Shown here: positions 41,557 through 51,575 of the stretch, in pieces
Layout: each line of letters starts with the position of its first letter
How positions within the stretch are numbered: position 1 is the first letter of the stretch
Source of the DNA: Trueperaceae bacterium
GTDB lineage: Bacteria > Deinococcota > Deinococci > Deinococcales > Trueperaceae
NCBI GenBank assembly: GCA_040905465.1
Contig: JBBDRK010000069.1
Coordinates: forward strand, 1 to 64,000
Direction of reading: 5' to 3'
DNA: 64,000 bases
The notes under the pieces: model-generated
The model's input: only the letters and a program-made list of their open reading frames with translations
What the model was told of the DNA's origin: nothing
Databases searched by the model: none
Position numbers and translations under genes: made by a program

Positions 41557-42963
41557 ATGTTAGCCAGTGGTGACCTGAACGAGCTCGAGCCGGTGCGCCA
41601 GGCCCTTGCCCAGGGTAGGTACGACGCCGCTTTCGCGCTGCTCGAGAGCGCAGCCCGCAGGCCGCGCCGGCGAAGGACCAAGGCGCTCTACCGCCTGCAT
41701 CTCGCCGGCCTCTATGCGCTCTACGGTGACGACGGTCTGGAAGACGGCTCGCTGGCGCTGCGTTCCGCGGTCGAGACAGATCCAGGGGTGACCGAACTGG
41801 CTCTTTACCGCGCGCTGTTCTGGGAGTTCGGCGCGCTCGGGGGAGAGACGGCCCGGGCCGTCAAGCGCGGGGTGAAGCCGGTGCGGGAAGACGGTGACGC
41901 CGAGGCGCTCTATCACGCAGCTAACGCGCTCTACACGGCTGGGGCGCTCGAAGAGGCGTTGTCGTACCTCGCCCAGCTCGACGAAGGGGCGCTGCCCGGT
42001 TACCTGGGCTGGCGCCGTTGGTCGCTCATCGGCCTCGCCGAGGAGCAGCTCGGCCGTCTGGAGGACGCAGCGCAAGCGTTCGAACGATCGGTCGAACTCT
42101 CCTCCGGGGCCGATCAGCAACTGGAGCGGCTGGCACTCGCCGGCTGCCTGCTGGAGTTGCACCGTGGCGACGACACACTGGCGGTCTTGGCCGGGGTCGA
42201 CAAGGATCTGCTCGAGTCGGACGACGACCTGATGCACATGCGATATCTCGCAGGCAGGGCCGAGTACGTTCGAGGGAATCCGAATCGCGCCCTCGTCCTG
42301 CTGGAGGAAGCGCGCGCCGTGGGGAGCGGCGAAGGCGAAGAGCAGTATGCCTTGCTGGTCGCCGAGGGTCAGGTCATGAGCAGCCTCGGGCGCTTCCCGG
42401 AGGCCGCCGAAAGGTTCGAGCTGGCGGTCGATTTCGCGGCCGAGGATCAGATCTCCTACGCGCTGCACGAGTGGGCGCTGGCGCTGATGGAGACGGGCGA
42501 ACTCGGTTCCGCCGAGGAGCGGCTCGATGAGGTGGCGGCGGACCTGGCATACCCCTACCGGGCGGACGCCCTGGCCGATCTGGCCGAGGTGCTTCTTAAG
42601 CTCGGCAGTTTCGACAGGGCAGAGGTAGTGGCGCAGCAGGCCCTCGAACTGGGGGCGACCGCAACCGCCTGTTTCACACTGGGGTCGATCGCTTACGAAT
42701 ATTTCCGGCTCGATGAGGCGGTCACCTGGTTCGAACGCGCGGCCAGCGCCAGCGAGCCGGGTGACTCTGTCTGGGTGCTTTCTCAGCAATTGCTGGCGGA
42801 CGTGTTCGCCCAGAAGGGGCCGGAGGTCGCCGAGCGCCTGGTGACCCACGCGCGGGCGGCTCTCGCCTATACCGATCCCGCCAACGAGTGGTACCTGCCC
42901 CTCAAGGGCTACCTGGAGACCGCGGAACGCCAGCTCGGTGGGCACCGGCGGGTGCTCAACTAG
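41557..42963 (+). CDS. Tetratricopeptide-repeat protein
   Basis: Repeated helical TPR-like pattern; start chosen from TACTTT 7 nt upstream. Confidence 0.75.
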   Translation: MLASGDLNELEPVRQALAQGRYDAAFALLESAARRPRRRRTKALYRLHLAGLYALYGDDGLEDGSLALRSAVETDPGVTELALYRALFWEFGALGGETARAVKRGVKPVREDGDAEALYHAANALYTAGALEEALSYLAQLDEGALPGYLGWRRWSLIGLAEEQLGRLEDAAQAFERSVELSSGADQQLERLALAGCLLELHRGDDTLAVLAGVDKDLLESDDDLMHMRYLAGRAEYVRGNPNRALVLLEEARAVGSGEGEEQYALLVAEGQVMSSLGRFPEAAERFELAVDFAAEDQISYALHEWALALMETGELGSAEERLDEVAADLAYPYRADALADLAEVLLKLGSFDRAEVVAQQALELGATATACFTLGSIAYEYFRLDEAVTWFERAASASEPGDSVWVLSQQLLADVFAQKGPEVAERLVTHARAALAYTDPANEWYLPLKGYLETAERQLGGHRRVLN

Positions 42964-42987
42964 CGCGTTGCGCCGCGCACCTCACCC

Positions 42988-44547
42988 ATGGAAGGCCTGC
43001 TGATTGCCGAGGAGTTGCGGCAGCTCCGACCGCTGCTGCCCAGCCGCCGTCTCAGCTGGCGGTTTCCCGACGCGCACACCTTCGTGCTGCCGCTCGCCAC
43101 GGGCAGCCTGTGGTTGTTCAACCGGCCGCCTAATCCGCGGCTCGAGTTGCGCTACGACGCTCCCTCGCCGGGTCGAAGCCACTCGGGATTCCAGGACCTG
43201 CTGGCGTCGCGCGCGGTCGGGGACCTCGCCGAAGCTCGGCAACGGAAACTCGACCGGGTCCTGACTCTGGAGTTCGCCGCCGGCGGCGGCTTCGTCGAGA
43301 CGCCAGGCGTGTTTCTGGTGGCCGAGCTTACCGGACGGAACTGCAATCTGATACTTCTCGACAGCAACGAGACCGTGCTCGGCGCCGCCAGGGAGGTCAG
43401 ATCCGACATCAACCGATTTCGGGAGGTAGTAGCCGGACGCCCCTACACGCCGCCACCGCCGTATGAAAAGCTCGATCCGCGCACCGCCGGCCGGGAGACG
43501 CTGCATGAAGCGCTGTCCGGGGCGCCCCTGCGTTCCTGGCGAAAGATAGTCGACGGGGTGGGGCCGGAACTGACCAGGGCGCTGGCCGCCGCTACCGAGC
43601 TGCCTGACACGCGTGCTCTGGACGGGAGGGAGCTGAAGCGGGCTCTCGATGTCCTCGAGGGCCTGGTCGAAGCACCTAGCCGGGTCGTGCGAGACGCACT
43701 CCAGCGGCCAGACGTGGCCACGTTGCGGCTGCGTGAGAGACGTCAGGCGGTTCTGGAGCGCCTGAAGAACGAACTACAGCGCGAGGTTACCTTGCTGGAG
43801 AAACGTCTGGGGGACCTGACGAAGGCACGAGAGGCTGCCGCCGAGGCCCATGAGCTGCGCGGCCACGGCGATCTCTTGCTGGCGCTGGCGAATCGGGTGC
43901 CGGAAGGTGCGGGGAGCGTCATGCTCACCGACTTCTCGGGACGCCCGGTTCGGTTGACCCTCGATCCGAGCATAGGTGCCGCCGCCAACGCCCAGGCGTT
44001 TTATGAGCGGGCGCGCAAGCGCGAAGCGCGCGCTCGCCAGGCCGACCTGCGCGAGCCGGAATTGAGGGAGCGAACCGAGGAGCTGTCCGACCTGTTGCGG
44101 AAGTTGCATGAGCGGACCGACGCGGAACTCGCCCAGTTGACCGAGCGATTCCTTCCCGAGGCCAAGGCCCAAGGCCGAAGCACCCCTGGCGCCCGCTTTC
44201 GGGGACCGCACGGTTTCACCGTCCTGGTCGGGCGCAGCGCTCGGGAGAACGACCAGATCACGTTCAAGTTGGCGCGCAGCCGCGATCTGTGGCTGCACGT
44301 TCAGGGCTTTCACGGCGCGCATGTGGTGATTCTGGCGGAGAACCGTGAGGTGCCGTTCGACACGGTTCTCTTCGCCGCAAGCCTGGCGGCCGGTCACTCC
44401 AAGGCGGCGGATTCGGACAACGTGCCGGTGGACTACACCCTCCGAAAGAACGTCTGGAAGGTGAAGGGACAGAACGCCGGAGCCGTTCATTTCACCCGGC
44501 ACAAGACGGTTTACGTGACGCCGAGCCGGAATCCACCCGTCGCGTAG
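42988..44547 (+). CDS. rqcH: Ribosome quality control protein RqcH/Rqc2 (NFACT)
   Basis: DRVL, ELTGRNCNLIL, VGRSAREND, WLHVQGFHGAHV, VDYT. Confidence 0.9.
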   Translation: MEGLLIAEELRQLRPLLPSRRLSWRFPDAHTFVLPLATGSLWLFNRPPNPRLELRYDAPSPGRSHSGFQDLLASRAVGDLAEARQRKLDRVLTLEFAAGGGFVETPGVFLVAELTGRNCNLILLDSNETVLGAAREVRSDINRFREVVAGRPYTPPPPYEKLDPRTAGRETLHEALSGAPLRSWRKIVDGVGPELTRALAAATELPDTRALDGRELKRALDVLEGLVEAPSRVVRDALQRPDVATLRLRERRQAVLERLKNELQREVTLLEKRLGDLTKAREAAAEAHELRGHGDLLLALANRVPEGAGSVMLTDFSGRPVRLTLDPSIGAAANAQAFYERARKREARARQADLREPELRERTEELSDLLRKLHERTDAELAQLTERFLPEAKAQGRSTPGARFRGPHGFTVLVGRSARENDQITFKLARSRDLWLHVQGFHGAHVVILAENREVPFDTVLFAASLAAGHSKAADSDNVPVDYTLRKNVWKVKGQNAGAVHFTRHKTVYVTPSRNPPVA

Positions 44548-44604
44548 GCAGCGGGAGTAGCGCGGGACGGCTTTGGCACGTGACGAGCGGCGTTAGACTG
44601 CCGC

Positions 44605-45804
44605 GTGCCCAAACGCTCCCTCGTCCTCTCGGGCTCGTCGCTCGCGGCGCTGCTGGTAGCTGCCCACGCCGTCAACGACTCCTTCAGCGGAATGCTGGCC
44701 GCCCTGCTGCCTACGTTCCAGGCCCGCTTCGGGGCCAGCGAAACCGTGCTGGCAGCTCTGGTAGCCACACTGTCGTTCTCCGCATCGGTCACGCAGCCCG
44801 TTTTCGGCGCCCTGGCGGATCGTCTCGGCCGGCGGCTGGTGGGTGCGCTGGGCGTGGTGGCTTCGTCGGCTCTGCTGAGCCTGATGGGCGTGACCGATTC
44901 GCTGTGGCTGCTGTTCGGGCTGCTGCTCATCGGTGGCCTCGGCTCGGCCGCTTTCCACCCCTCGGGTACGAGCATGGCGCGTGCGGCGGCAACTACCAGC
45001 CCGGGCATCAAGAGCGGCGTGGCGGTCGGAATATTCAGTGCCGGCGGTACTGCCGGAATGGCGTTCGGTCCACTCCTCATCGGATTTTTCGTCATCAACG
45101 ACATCCTGCAATTTACTCCCTGGTTGATGGTGCCCGGGCTCGTGCTGGGGGTTCTGCTGTATGTACTGGTGCCCGTCCAGGAGCGGGCAGCGCGCGCCAA
45201 CCGTCCCAAGCTATTCGATGCGGCGCTGTTTGCGGGTCCGGTGGGGGTGCTCTGCCTGGCGGGGATCTTGCGGTCCATTGCCTGGGTAACGCTCCTCAAC
45301 GGCGCCCCCCTGTGGCTGGTACAGGAGCGGGGTCTCATGGCCTCCAGCCCCACTATCTTCTGGACGCTCGCCGTCTTCTCGTTCTTCGGCGGTCTGGGCG
45401 GCATAGTCGGCGGAATGCTTGAGCGGAGGCTGGGCCGCGAGGCCCTCATCGCCGGTAGCATGCTGCTGGCGCTGGTACCGCTCTATGCGCTTTTCGTCCT
45501 GCCCCCCGGCAGCGTGGCTTACTTCACCGTCGTCGCCCTCGCCGGCGCGCTCGTCAACGGGGGCCTTCCGCTGATGGTGGTCAGTGCCCAGGATCTCGCG
45601 CCCAACGCGATGGGAACCGCGTCGGGTATGCTCATGGGCCTCACATGGGGCACGGCCGGGCTGATCTACATCCTCATCGGGAGCCTTCAGGAGGCGATAG
45701 GGGTCGGCCCGGCCATGGCGCTGGCCTTTTCTACCCTCGTGCCCGGCGCCTTCCTGGCGTTGCGGGTGCTGCGTGGCAATGTCGAGGCGCTCACGGCCGA
45801 CTGA
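44605..45804 (+). CDS. MFS transporter (Fsr-like)
   Basis: HAVND, QPVFGALADRLGRR, GSAAFHP. Confidence 0.88.
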   Translation: MPKRSLVLSGSSLAALLVAAHAVNDSFSGMLAALLPTFQARFGASETVLAALVATLSFSASVTQPVFGALADRLGRRLVGALGVVASSALLSLMGVTDSLWLLFGLLLIGGLGSAAFHPSGTSMARAAATTSPGIKSGVAVGIFSAGGTAGMAFGPLLIGFFVINDILQFTPWLMVPGLVLGVLLYVLVPVQERAARANRPKLFDAALFAGPVGVLCLAGILRSIAWVTLLNGAPLWLVQERGLMASSPTIFWTLAVFSFFGGLGGIVGGMLERRLGREALIAGSMLLALVPLYALFVLPPGSVAYFTVVALAGALVNGGLPLMVVSAQDLAPNAMGTASGMLMGLTWGTAGLIYILIGSLQEAIGVGPAMALAFSTLVPGAFLALRVLRGNVEALTAD

Positions 45805-45912
45805 CCAGTCTGAACGGCCGCCGATCAGCGTTCAGGGTGCGTTCGGGCCCCCCACTCTAGGGTGTATGCCATGGAGGTCACCGTGCCCTTGAGACTCGAA
45901 GGTACAGCGTCG

Positions 45913-46398
45913 ATGCTGGCCGAAAATTACAGCCGTCAGGTGTCCATCCTGCTCGTTGAGGATAACGAGGACGACGTGCTGCTCACGCTGCGCGCGTTCA
46001 AGAAGAACACCGTCGAGCTCGAAGAGGTCGTGGTGGTGCGTGACGGAGCCGACGCGCTGGACTACCTGTTCACGCGTGGCCCGTACGAACAGCGCAACCA
46101 GGCGATCATGCCCAAACTCATCCTTCTCGACATAAAACTTCCCAAACTGAGCGGCCTGGAACTGCTCCGAGCGGTCCGCAGCGATCCGCGTACCCGCCTC
46201 ATTCCGGTGGTGATGCTTACCTCGTCCGCCGCCGAGCAGGACCTGATGTCGAGCTACGGAGCAGGCGCCAACGGTTATATTCAGAAGCCGGTGAACACTC
46301 GGCAGTTCGAGGAGACCGTGCAGCAGGTAGTCAACTACTGGCTGGGGGTCAACCGGGCTCCAGGCAGTATCGGCGAAAGCCTGCACGCCGGCTGCTGA
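45913..46398 (+). CDS. Single-domain response regulator (Rcp1-like), orphan
   Basis: ILLVEDN, LLDIKLPKLSG, VVMLTSS, GANGYIQKP; start uncertain. Confidence 0.88.
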   Translation: MLAENYSRQVSILLVEDNEDDVLLTLRAFKKNTVELEEVVVVRDGADALDYLFTRGPYEQRNQAIMPKLILLDIKLPKLSGLELLRAVRSDPRTRLIPVVMLTSSAAEQDLMSSYGAGANGYIQKPVNTRQFEETVQQVVNYWLGVNRAPGSIGESLHAGC

Positions 46399-46528
46399 CA
46401 CGGGAAGCCCGGTTGGTACGACTGGCTGGTAGGTATCGGGATTATTACCTAACCGGTACTGCAAGACTCGCCCGGGGGGTACAGGGACACGGCGACCTGA
46501 TTCGTCGGGCCTGCGATACTATGGGCCG

Positions 46529-48934
46529 ATGGTCCTCAAGACGCTCGGCCAGTTCTCACTGGACGGTAGCGGCTTCCGGCGCATAAAGCCCCTGTTGCTC
46601 GTCGCCTATCTGACCCTGGAGGGTGCCAAGTCGCGGCGCTATCTCGCCGAGATCTTCTGGCCCGGGGCCAGCGACGCCATGAACAGCCTGTCGGTAGCCC
46701 TTTCGCAGCTGCGGCGAGGCGCTCCCGGGAGCACCGACGCCGATGAGGCGCGCGCCTGGAGTTTGATTGGCTGCGACGCACTGGAGTTGCGTGCCGCCTT
46801 CGCCGGAGGCAAGCTCGAGGAGGTGGCGGAGCTTTACGAAGGACAGTTCCTGGAAGGCCTGGAGCTCGAACTCGGCGAGGAGTTGGAGGAGTGGGTCTAC
46901 GTCACGCGCGAATCGCTGGCGGCGACCGCTCGGGAGGCGTTGCTGCGGCTGGCCGAGATCAAAGCGGGCCAGGGCCGTTTCGACGTGGCCGGCCAACTGG
47001 CCGAGCGGGCGTACTACCTGGCGGGGGCGGCGCCTCCCGAGCCCGAGGAGTTCGTCCGTTTCCAGGTGCTGTTGACTGCAGGCAAGAGTCCGGCCGCGGC
47101 CGAGTTGCGGCGCGAGGCGGAGGCCTACGACATCACCCTCTCGATTTCGGCGGACGAGGCGCGAGCACGCATAGGTCAGGTGCTCGTGGGCCGGGAGCGC
47201 GAACGCGAACAGCTCGCCGGACTGGCCGAGCGGGAGTGGGCGTGGCTGCGCGGCGGCAGGGGGATGGGCAAGACGGCGTTGCTGAGGCAGATCCACGGAA
47301 CCTACCTGCCCGCGCGTAGCGGCCTGCCATACGCGACTCTCGAGCCGCTCATCGGAGACAGGCTGGGCCAGAGTGAGACGGTTCTGCTCAAGCAGCTCGC
47401 GGGAATGACCGGTACCTGGCTGGTAGACGATTGGGAGCAGACCGACCAGGAGAGCCGTCTGCTGCTGGCGCGGCTGCGCTCGCTGCGTCCGCCGGTTCGG
47501 GTCGTGATCGCCTCGACCGAGGCGCCGAGCCTGTCCGTGGACACCGAAATCGAGCTGGGACCGCTGGCGGACGGAGCGCTCGGCGCGTTTCCGGACGCGT
47601 GGGAACAGACCGGCGGCCTGCCTGAGCTCGTGGGCGCCTTTCTGCGCGAGGAGCCGCTGGACGCGGCGCTCGAGCGTCGGTTGGCAAGGCTCAACGACGC
47701 GTCGCGCGAAGTCTACCTGGCGCTGGCGCTGCTGGAAGAGCCCGACCCCGCGCTGGTACGTCGCGCTCTCGGGCTCTCCAGCGCCGCCATCGGCGGAGCG
47801 CTCGCCGAGTTGCTGCCCGCGGGATTGATAGAGCCCTCCGGAGCAGTCCGGGCGCGCCAGTCCGCGCTGACTCATCTCGAGTCGCATCCCACGCTGCTCG
47901 GACCGCTGTCGCTGGCCCTGGCGCGCCAGAAGAGCGGTATCGAGGCGTTCCCTCTGTACCGGCGGGCACGACCCTTCTGGGAGACCAGCGACCTTCCGGC
48001 AATAACCGAGTCCTACCTGGCTTGGGGCGAGGAGCTGCTGCGCCGTGGCTTCGCGAGACGCTCGCTTGACGTCATGGCCGAAGCACCGCCCTCGCAGGCG
48101 GCCAACCTGCAGTGGGCGCGGGCGCTCGAGCAGGCAGGTCAGTACAAGGAGGCGCTCGAAAAGCTCTCCTCGTTGGAGGACAGCACTTTGGTGTCGGCGC
48201 TCAAGAGCGCCCTTTACATGCGGTTGGGACAGCCCGACGAGGCTCACGCGGCCGCCCAGCAAGGACTCGAGGGCGATACCGAAGCGCGCGCCGAAGCGCT
48301 CAACACATTGGGCGTGCTGGCTCTTCATCAGCAGGACTATCCGGCGGCGGAAAGCCTCACGCGCCGGGCGGCGGCCCTGTGGAAGACGCTCGGCAACCAG
48401 ATGCGGTGGGTGTCGGCGCTGAATAATCTGGGAATCGCCAGAACCCTGGCAGGTATACCGGGCGAGAACGCCTTTGACGAAGCCCTCAGCGCTGCCGGCG
48501 AGAGCGCATTGCTACAGGCCAGGACCCTGCTGAACGTGGGCTGGACTCGGGAGCGTGAAGAGCGCTTGGAACTAGCCGAAGAAGCCTACCACGAGGCGGC
48601 GCGGCTTGCGGCCGAAGCCGGCGTGATCGAGGTGGCCGCGTGGGCCTGGAACAATCTGGGCGTCCTGCACCACAAGCTGGAACAGGTCGAGCGCGCCAGG
48701 GAAGCGTACGAACAGGCGTTGGCGTTGGCCCAACGCGCCGGCGAGCAGCGGATTCTGGGCATGGTCATGGCGAATCTGGCCGAGCTGACCGAGGATCGCG
48801 AGGCCTGGGAGGAGGCGCTGCGCATCCTGGAGAAGTCCGGCCACGGGACCACGGCTGACAATTTCAGGCGATCGCTGGGTGAAGGTCATGTATTTCAGAC
48901 GGACGACGAAAGCAAGGAGAACCGTATAGGCTAG
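46529..48934 (+). CDS. SARP-like regulator: wHTH-BTAD, P-loop ATPase, TPR
   Basis: LLVAYL..SRRYLAEIFWP, LYEGQFLEG..EEW, GGRGMGKT, WLVDDWE, C-terminal TPRs. Confidence 0.82.
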   Translation: MVLKTLGQFSLDGSGFRRIKPLLLVAYLTLEGAKSRRYLAEIFWPGASDAMNSLSVALSQLRRGAPGSTDADEARAWSLIGCDALELRAAFAGGKLEEVAELYEGQFLEGLELELGEELEEWVYVTRESLAATAREALLRLAEIKAGQGRFDVAGQLAERAYYLAGAAPPEPEEFVRFQVLLTAGKSPAAAELRREAEAYDITLSISADEARARIGQVLVGREREREQLAGLAEREWAWLRGGRGMGKTALLRQIHGTYLPARSGLPYATLEPLIGDRLGQSETVLLKQLAGMTGTWLVDDWEQTDQESRLLLARLRSLRPPVRVVIASTEAPSLSVDTEIELGPLADGALGAFPDAWEQTGGLPELVGAFLREEPLDAALERRLARLNDASREVYLALALLEEPDPALVRRALGLSSAAIGGALAELLPAGLIEPSGAVRARQSALTHLESHPTLLGPLSLALARQKSGIEAFPLYRRARPFWETSDLPAITESYLAWGEELLRRGFARRSLDVMAEAPPSQAANLQWARALEQAGQYKEALEKLSSLEDSTLVSALKSALYMRLGQPDEAHAAAQQGLEGDTEARAEALNTLGVLALHQQDYPAAESLTRRAAALWKTLGNQMRWVSALNNLGIARTLAGIPGENAFDEALSAAGESALLQARTLLNVGWTREREERLELAEEAYHEAARLAAEAGVIEVAAWAWNNLGVLHHKLEQVERAREAYEQALALAQRAGEQRILGMVMANLAELTEDREAWEEALRILEKSGHGTTADNFRRSLGEGHVFQTDDESKENRIG

Positions 48935-49051
48935 GCGAACGGTGGGTAGCACGGCCCCCGTTCAGGGCTGGTTCAGAGGGGGGAGACTAACCTCGGATTG
49001 TGGCCTGGACTAATATAAAAAATACAAGTGCACTCATAGGGGAGGTCAGCG

Positions 49052-50530
49052 ATGTCCATGCATAACGTTTTGAGAGCCCTCGCGCTGTCATCACTCGCGT
49101 TCCTGCTGGCGGCTTGCGGATCCACGACTGAGCCGTCGGAGTTCTCGGCGCTGTCGACCACCGCGAAGCTTTCGCCCGAGTGGGCCGAGCGGGGAGACAT
49201 CGTCACCGTGAAGCTCTCGGGCGCCAACACCAAGAGCGTCGAAGTGACGGTGGCTGCGATAACTGCGAAGGTTTCGATCATCAACGGAAGCGAATTCTCA
49301 TTCGTCGTGCCGGAGGAGGCACCCGCGGGCAATCAGCCCGTGACGATCACCCTTTCGGCACAGACCCTTCTTACCGATATCGATGTCCTCGGTGACGACG
49401 TAGTGGCCGGTGAATTCACGCTGGTGGTGGCTCCCGGGACCACGGTCCCGGATCTCACGAACGTTCTCGACGGGCTCGACTTCCTCGTGCTGGAAGGTCC
49501 GCGGCCACTGGGTGCCCAGTCGGGCACCTGCAGCGGTGAGTTGGTCCGCATCCAGGTTCTCGGTCTGGACACGGGCGAGGCTCTCGATGACCTCAAGAGC
49601 CGCGTCGACGGGGAAACCGTCTGGCACAGCGACCCGCAGAGCGGGTACTCGACGGGCGCGATCAATCATCTCGGGGCAATCGGTGCGGACGACTCGCGCC
49701 TTCGCGGCCTCACTGGCGCCGGAACTCTGATCGCCGTTATCGACACCGGCGTGTCCGATCACGACGAGCTGGGCAGCCGCCGGCAACTCGCCGACGGGTA
49801 CGACTTCATCGACGAGGGGACGCCGGCCGACGACTCGTTCGGCGGTAACGGCCACGGCACACCGATAGCCGTACTGGCCGCGGGCACCAGCTCCGGCGTA
49901 GCACCGCAGGCGCAGGTCCTGCCGGTCCGGGTCTGCGGCTCCGACGGTACGTGCTATACCAGCGACGTGTTACTCGGTGTCTGCCATGCGCTGGCGACCT
50001 CGGAGGGCCGTAGCGAGGGGATGGACGACCTGATCATCAACTTGAGCCTGGGTGGCGAGACCCCGGTAGAGTCGATCCGGTCGGCCCTGGAGTTCGCCCT
50101 GCAGAACGGCACGCTGATAGCCGCCGCCGGCGGCAACGAGCGCGAGCAGGGCTCGCCCCGGCACTACCCGGCAGCCTACGACTTGAAGGGCCTGCTGGCG
50201 GTTGCGGCCTTGCAGGCATCGTCACTCGGTGAGCTCGCAGGTGACTGGAAACCCGCCTCGTTCGGCACTCGCGGGGACTACCTCGACATAGCCGCCCCGG
50301 GCGTGGATCTCACCAGCGGCAACTCCGCGGGAGGCTACAGCTCCGGCTACAGCGGGACCTCCTTCGCCACCGGCTTGGCGTCGGGCGCCCTGGCCGTCTG
50401 GCGTGAAGCGAACGACAGCATGAGCGCAGCTGACGTAGAGGCCGGCGTCAAGGCCGCCGCACGCCCGCTCGACTATTCCGAGAACGAAGTCGGCGCGGGA
50501 ATGCTCGATCTCTCGGACGAGCCGAATTAG
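49052..50530 (+). CDS. Lipoprotein S8 subtilisin-like peptidase with N-terminal IPT/TIG-like domain
   Basis: Lipobox LAAC; triad IDTG, GHGT, SGTSFA; NLSLG and AAGGN; GGGGAGG RBS. Confidence 0.9.
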   Translation: MSMHNVLRALALSSLAFLLAACGSTTEPSEFSALSTTAKLSPEWAERGDIVTVKLSGANTKSVEVTVAAITAKVSIINGSEFSFVVPEEAPAGNQPVTITLSAQTLLTDIDVLGDDVVAGEFTLVVAPGTTVPDLTNVLDGLDFLVLEGPRPLGAQSGTCSGELVRIQVLGLDTGEALDDLKSRVDGETVWHSDPQSGYSTGAINHLGAIGADDSRLRGLTGAGTLIAVIDTGVSDHDELGSRRQLADGYDFIDEGTPADDSFGGNGHGTPIAVLAAGTSSGVAPQAQVLPVRVCGSDGTCYTSDVLLGVCHALATSEGRSEGMDDLIINLSLGGETPVESIRSALEFALQNGTLIAAAGGNEREQGSPRHYPAAYDLKGLLAVAALQASSLGELAGDWKPASFGTRGDYLDIAAPGVDLTSGNSAGGYSSGYSGTSFATGLASGALAVWREANDSMSAADVEAGVKAAARPLDYSENEVGAGMLDLSDEPN

Positions 50531-50551
50531 GTCGAGAACCACGATTGGAAA

Positions 50552-50585
50552 AGCGGGCAGGAGGCGCCAGAGCCTCCTGCCCGCT
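50552..50585. terminator. Probable bidirectional terminator
   Basis: 14-bp perfect stem agcgggcaggaggc/gcctcctgcccgct between convergent genes. Confidence 0.8.
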
Positions 50586-50613
50586 CCTTTCTCATCGCAG
50601 TCGCTCGGCAACC

Positions 50614-51534
50614 TCAGCCCTTGCCCGCGGAACCGAACAGCGCGATCCGGTCGCTGACCAGCTCCTTCATCTGATCGCGAGCCGGGCCAAGGATCTTGCG
50701 CGGGTCGAACTCGGCCGGCTTGTCGCGCAGTATCTCGCGGATGGCGGCGGTGAACCCCAACCGCAGGTCGGTATCGGTGTTGATCTTGGCTATGCCGTGC
50801 GAGACAGCCTTGCGCACGTCCTCCTCGTGGATGCCCACAGCGCCCGCGAGCACTCCGCCGGCGGCGTTAAGCCGCTCGACCACCAGTGCGGGAACTCCGC
50901 TGGCGCCGTGCATCACCAGAGGATGGGGGAGACGACGTGCTATCTCGGCGATCCTCTCGAGATCTACGAACGGCCGGGTCTTGCCCTTGTTCGGCCCGTG
51001 TGAGGTGCCTATCGCCACCGCCAGGTAGTCGGCACCGCTCTCAGCCATGAACCGCTCTGCCTCCTCGGGCTTGGTGAGGATGGCGTCCTCCTCGGCCACC
51101 ACCACATGTTCCTCGACGCCGCCCAAGCGCCCGATCTCCGCTTCTACCGTGACCCCCACGGCGTGCGCGGCTTCCACCACCTTGCGAGTTTCAGCCACGT
51201 TCACCGCTTCGTCCTCATGCGACTTGTCGATCATCACCGAGGTGAATCCCGATCGGATAGCGCGCATGCAGGATTCGAACGACGATCCGTGATCGAGGTG
51301 AATGGCCACCGGCACGCCGACCTCGCTGCCCATGGTGCGCACGATGTCGACCAGTTGCTTGCCGCCGTACTTCAGGGCGCCCTCGGAGAGTGCCACGATG
51401 ACGGGAGACCGAGAGTCCTCCGCCGCCTCCAGGATCGCCTGAGTGATCTCCATGTTGTTGGTGTTGAAGGCGCCCACGCCGTATCCGCCGTCGCGCGCCG
51501 CCGCGAGTATGTCGAGTCCGCTCACTAGTGCCAT
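50614..51534 (-). CDS. fba: Class II fructose-bisphosphate aldolase
   Basis: GAFN, HLDHG, VEAEIG, GTSHG, HGAS, KINTDTD. Confidence 0.95.
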   Translation of the reverse strand: MALVSGLDILAAARDGGYGVGAFNTNNMEITQAILEAAEDSRSPVIVALSEGALKYGGKQLVDIVRTMGSEVGVPVAIHLDHGSSFESCMRAIRSGFTSVMIDKSHEDEAVNVAETRKVVEAAHAVGVTVEAEIGRLGGVEEHVVVAEEDAILTKPEEAERFMAESGADYLAVAIGTSHGPNKGKTRPFVDLERIAEIARRLPHPLVMHGASGVPALVVERLNAAGGVLAGAVGIHEEDVRKAVSHGIAKINTDTDLRLGFTAAIREILRDKPAEFDPRKILGPARDQMKELVSDRIALFGSAGKG

Positions 51535-51575
51535 TCAACGAGTATAACGCGGGTTTCAGGTGTTTCCGGCGGCCT

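Noticed and set aside
46408-46456. Alternative pairings (ccggttggta/tacctaaccgg; taggta/taccta) as a riboswitch
   Set aside because: No match to a riboswitch I recognise, and the downstream gene appears leaderless
46529-50530. ATPase plus S8 protease anti-phage or toxin-antitoxin (IetAS-like) system
   Set aside because: The S8 has a lipoprotein signal and the ATPase carries wHTH-BTAD regulator domains, which fits transcriptional control better
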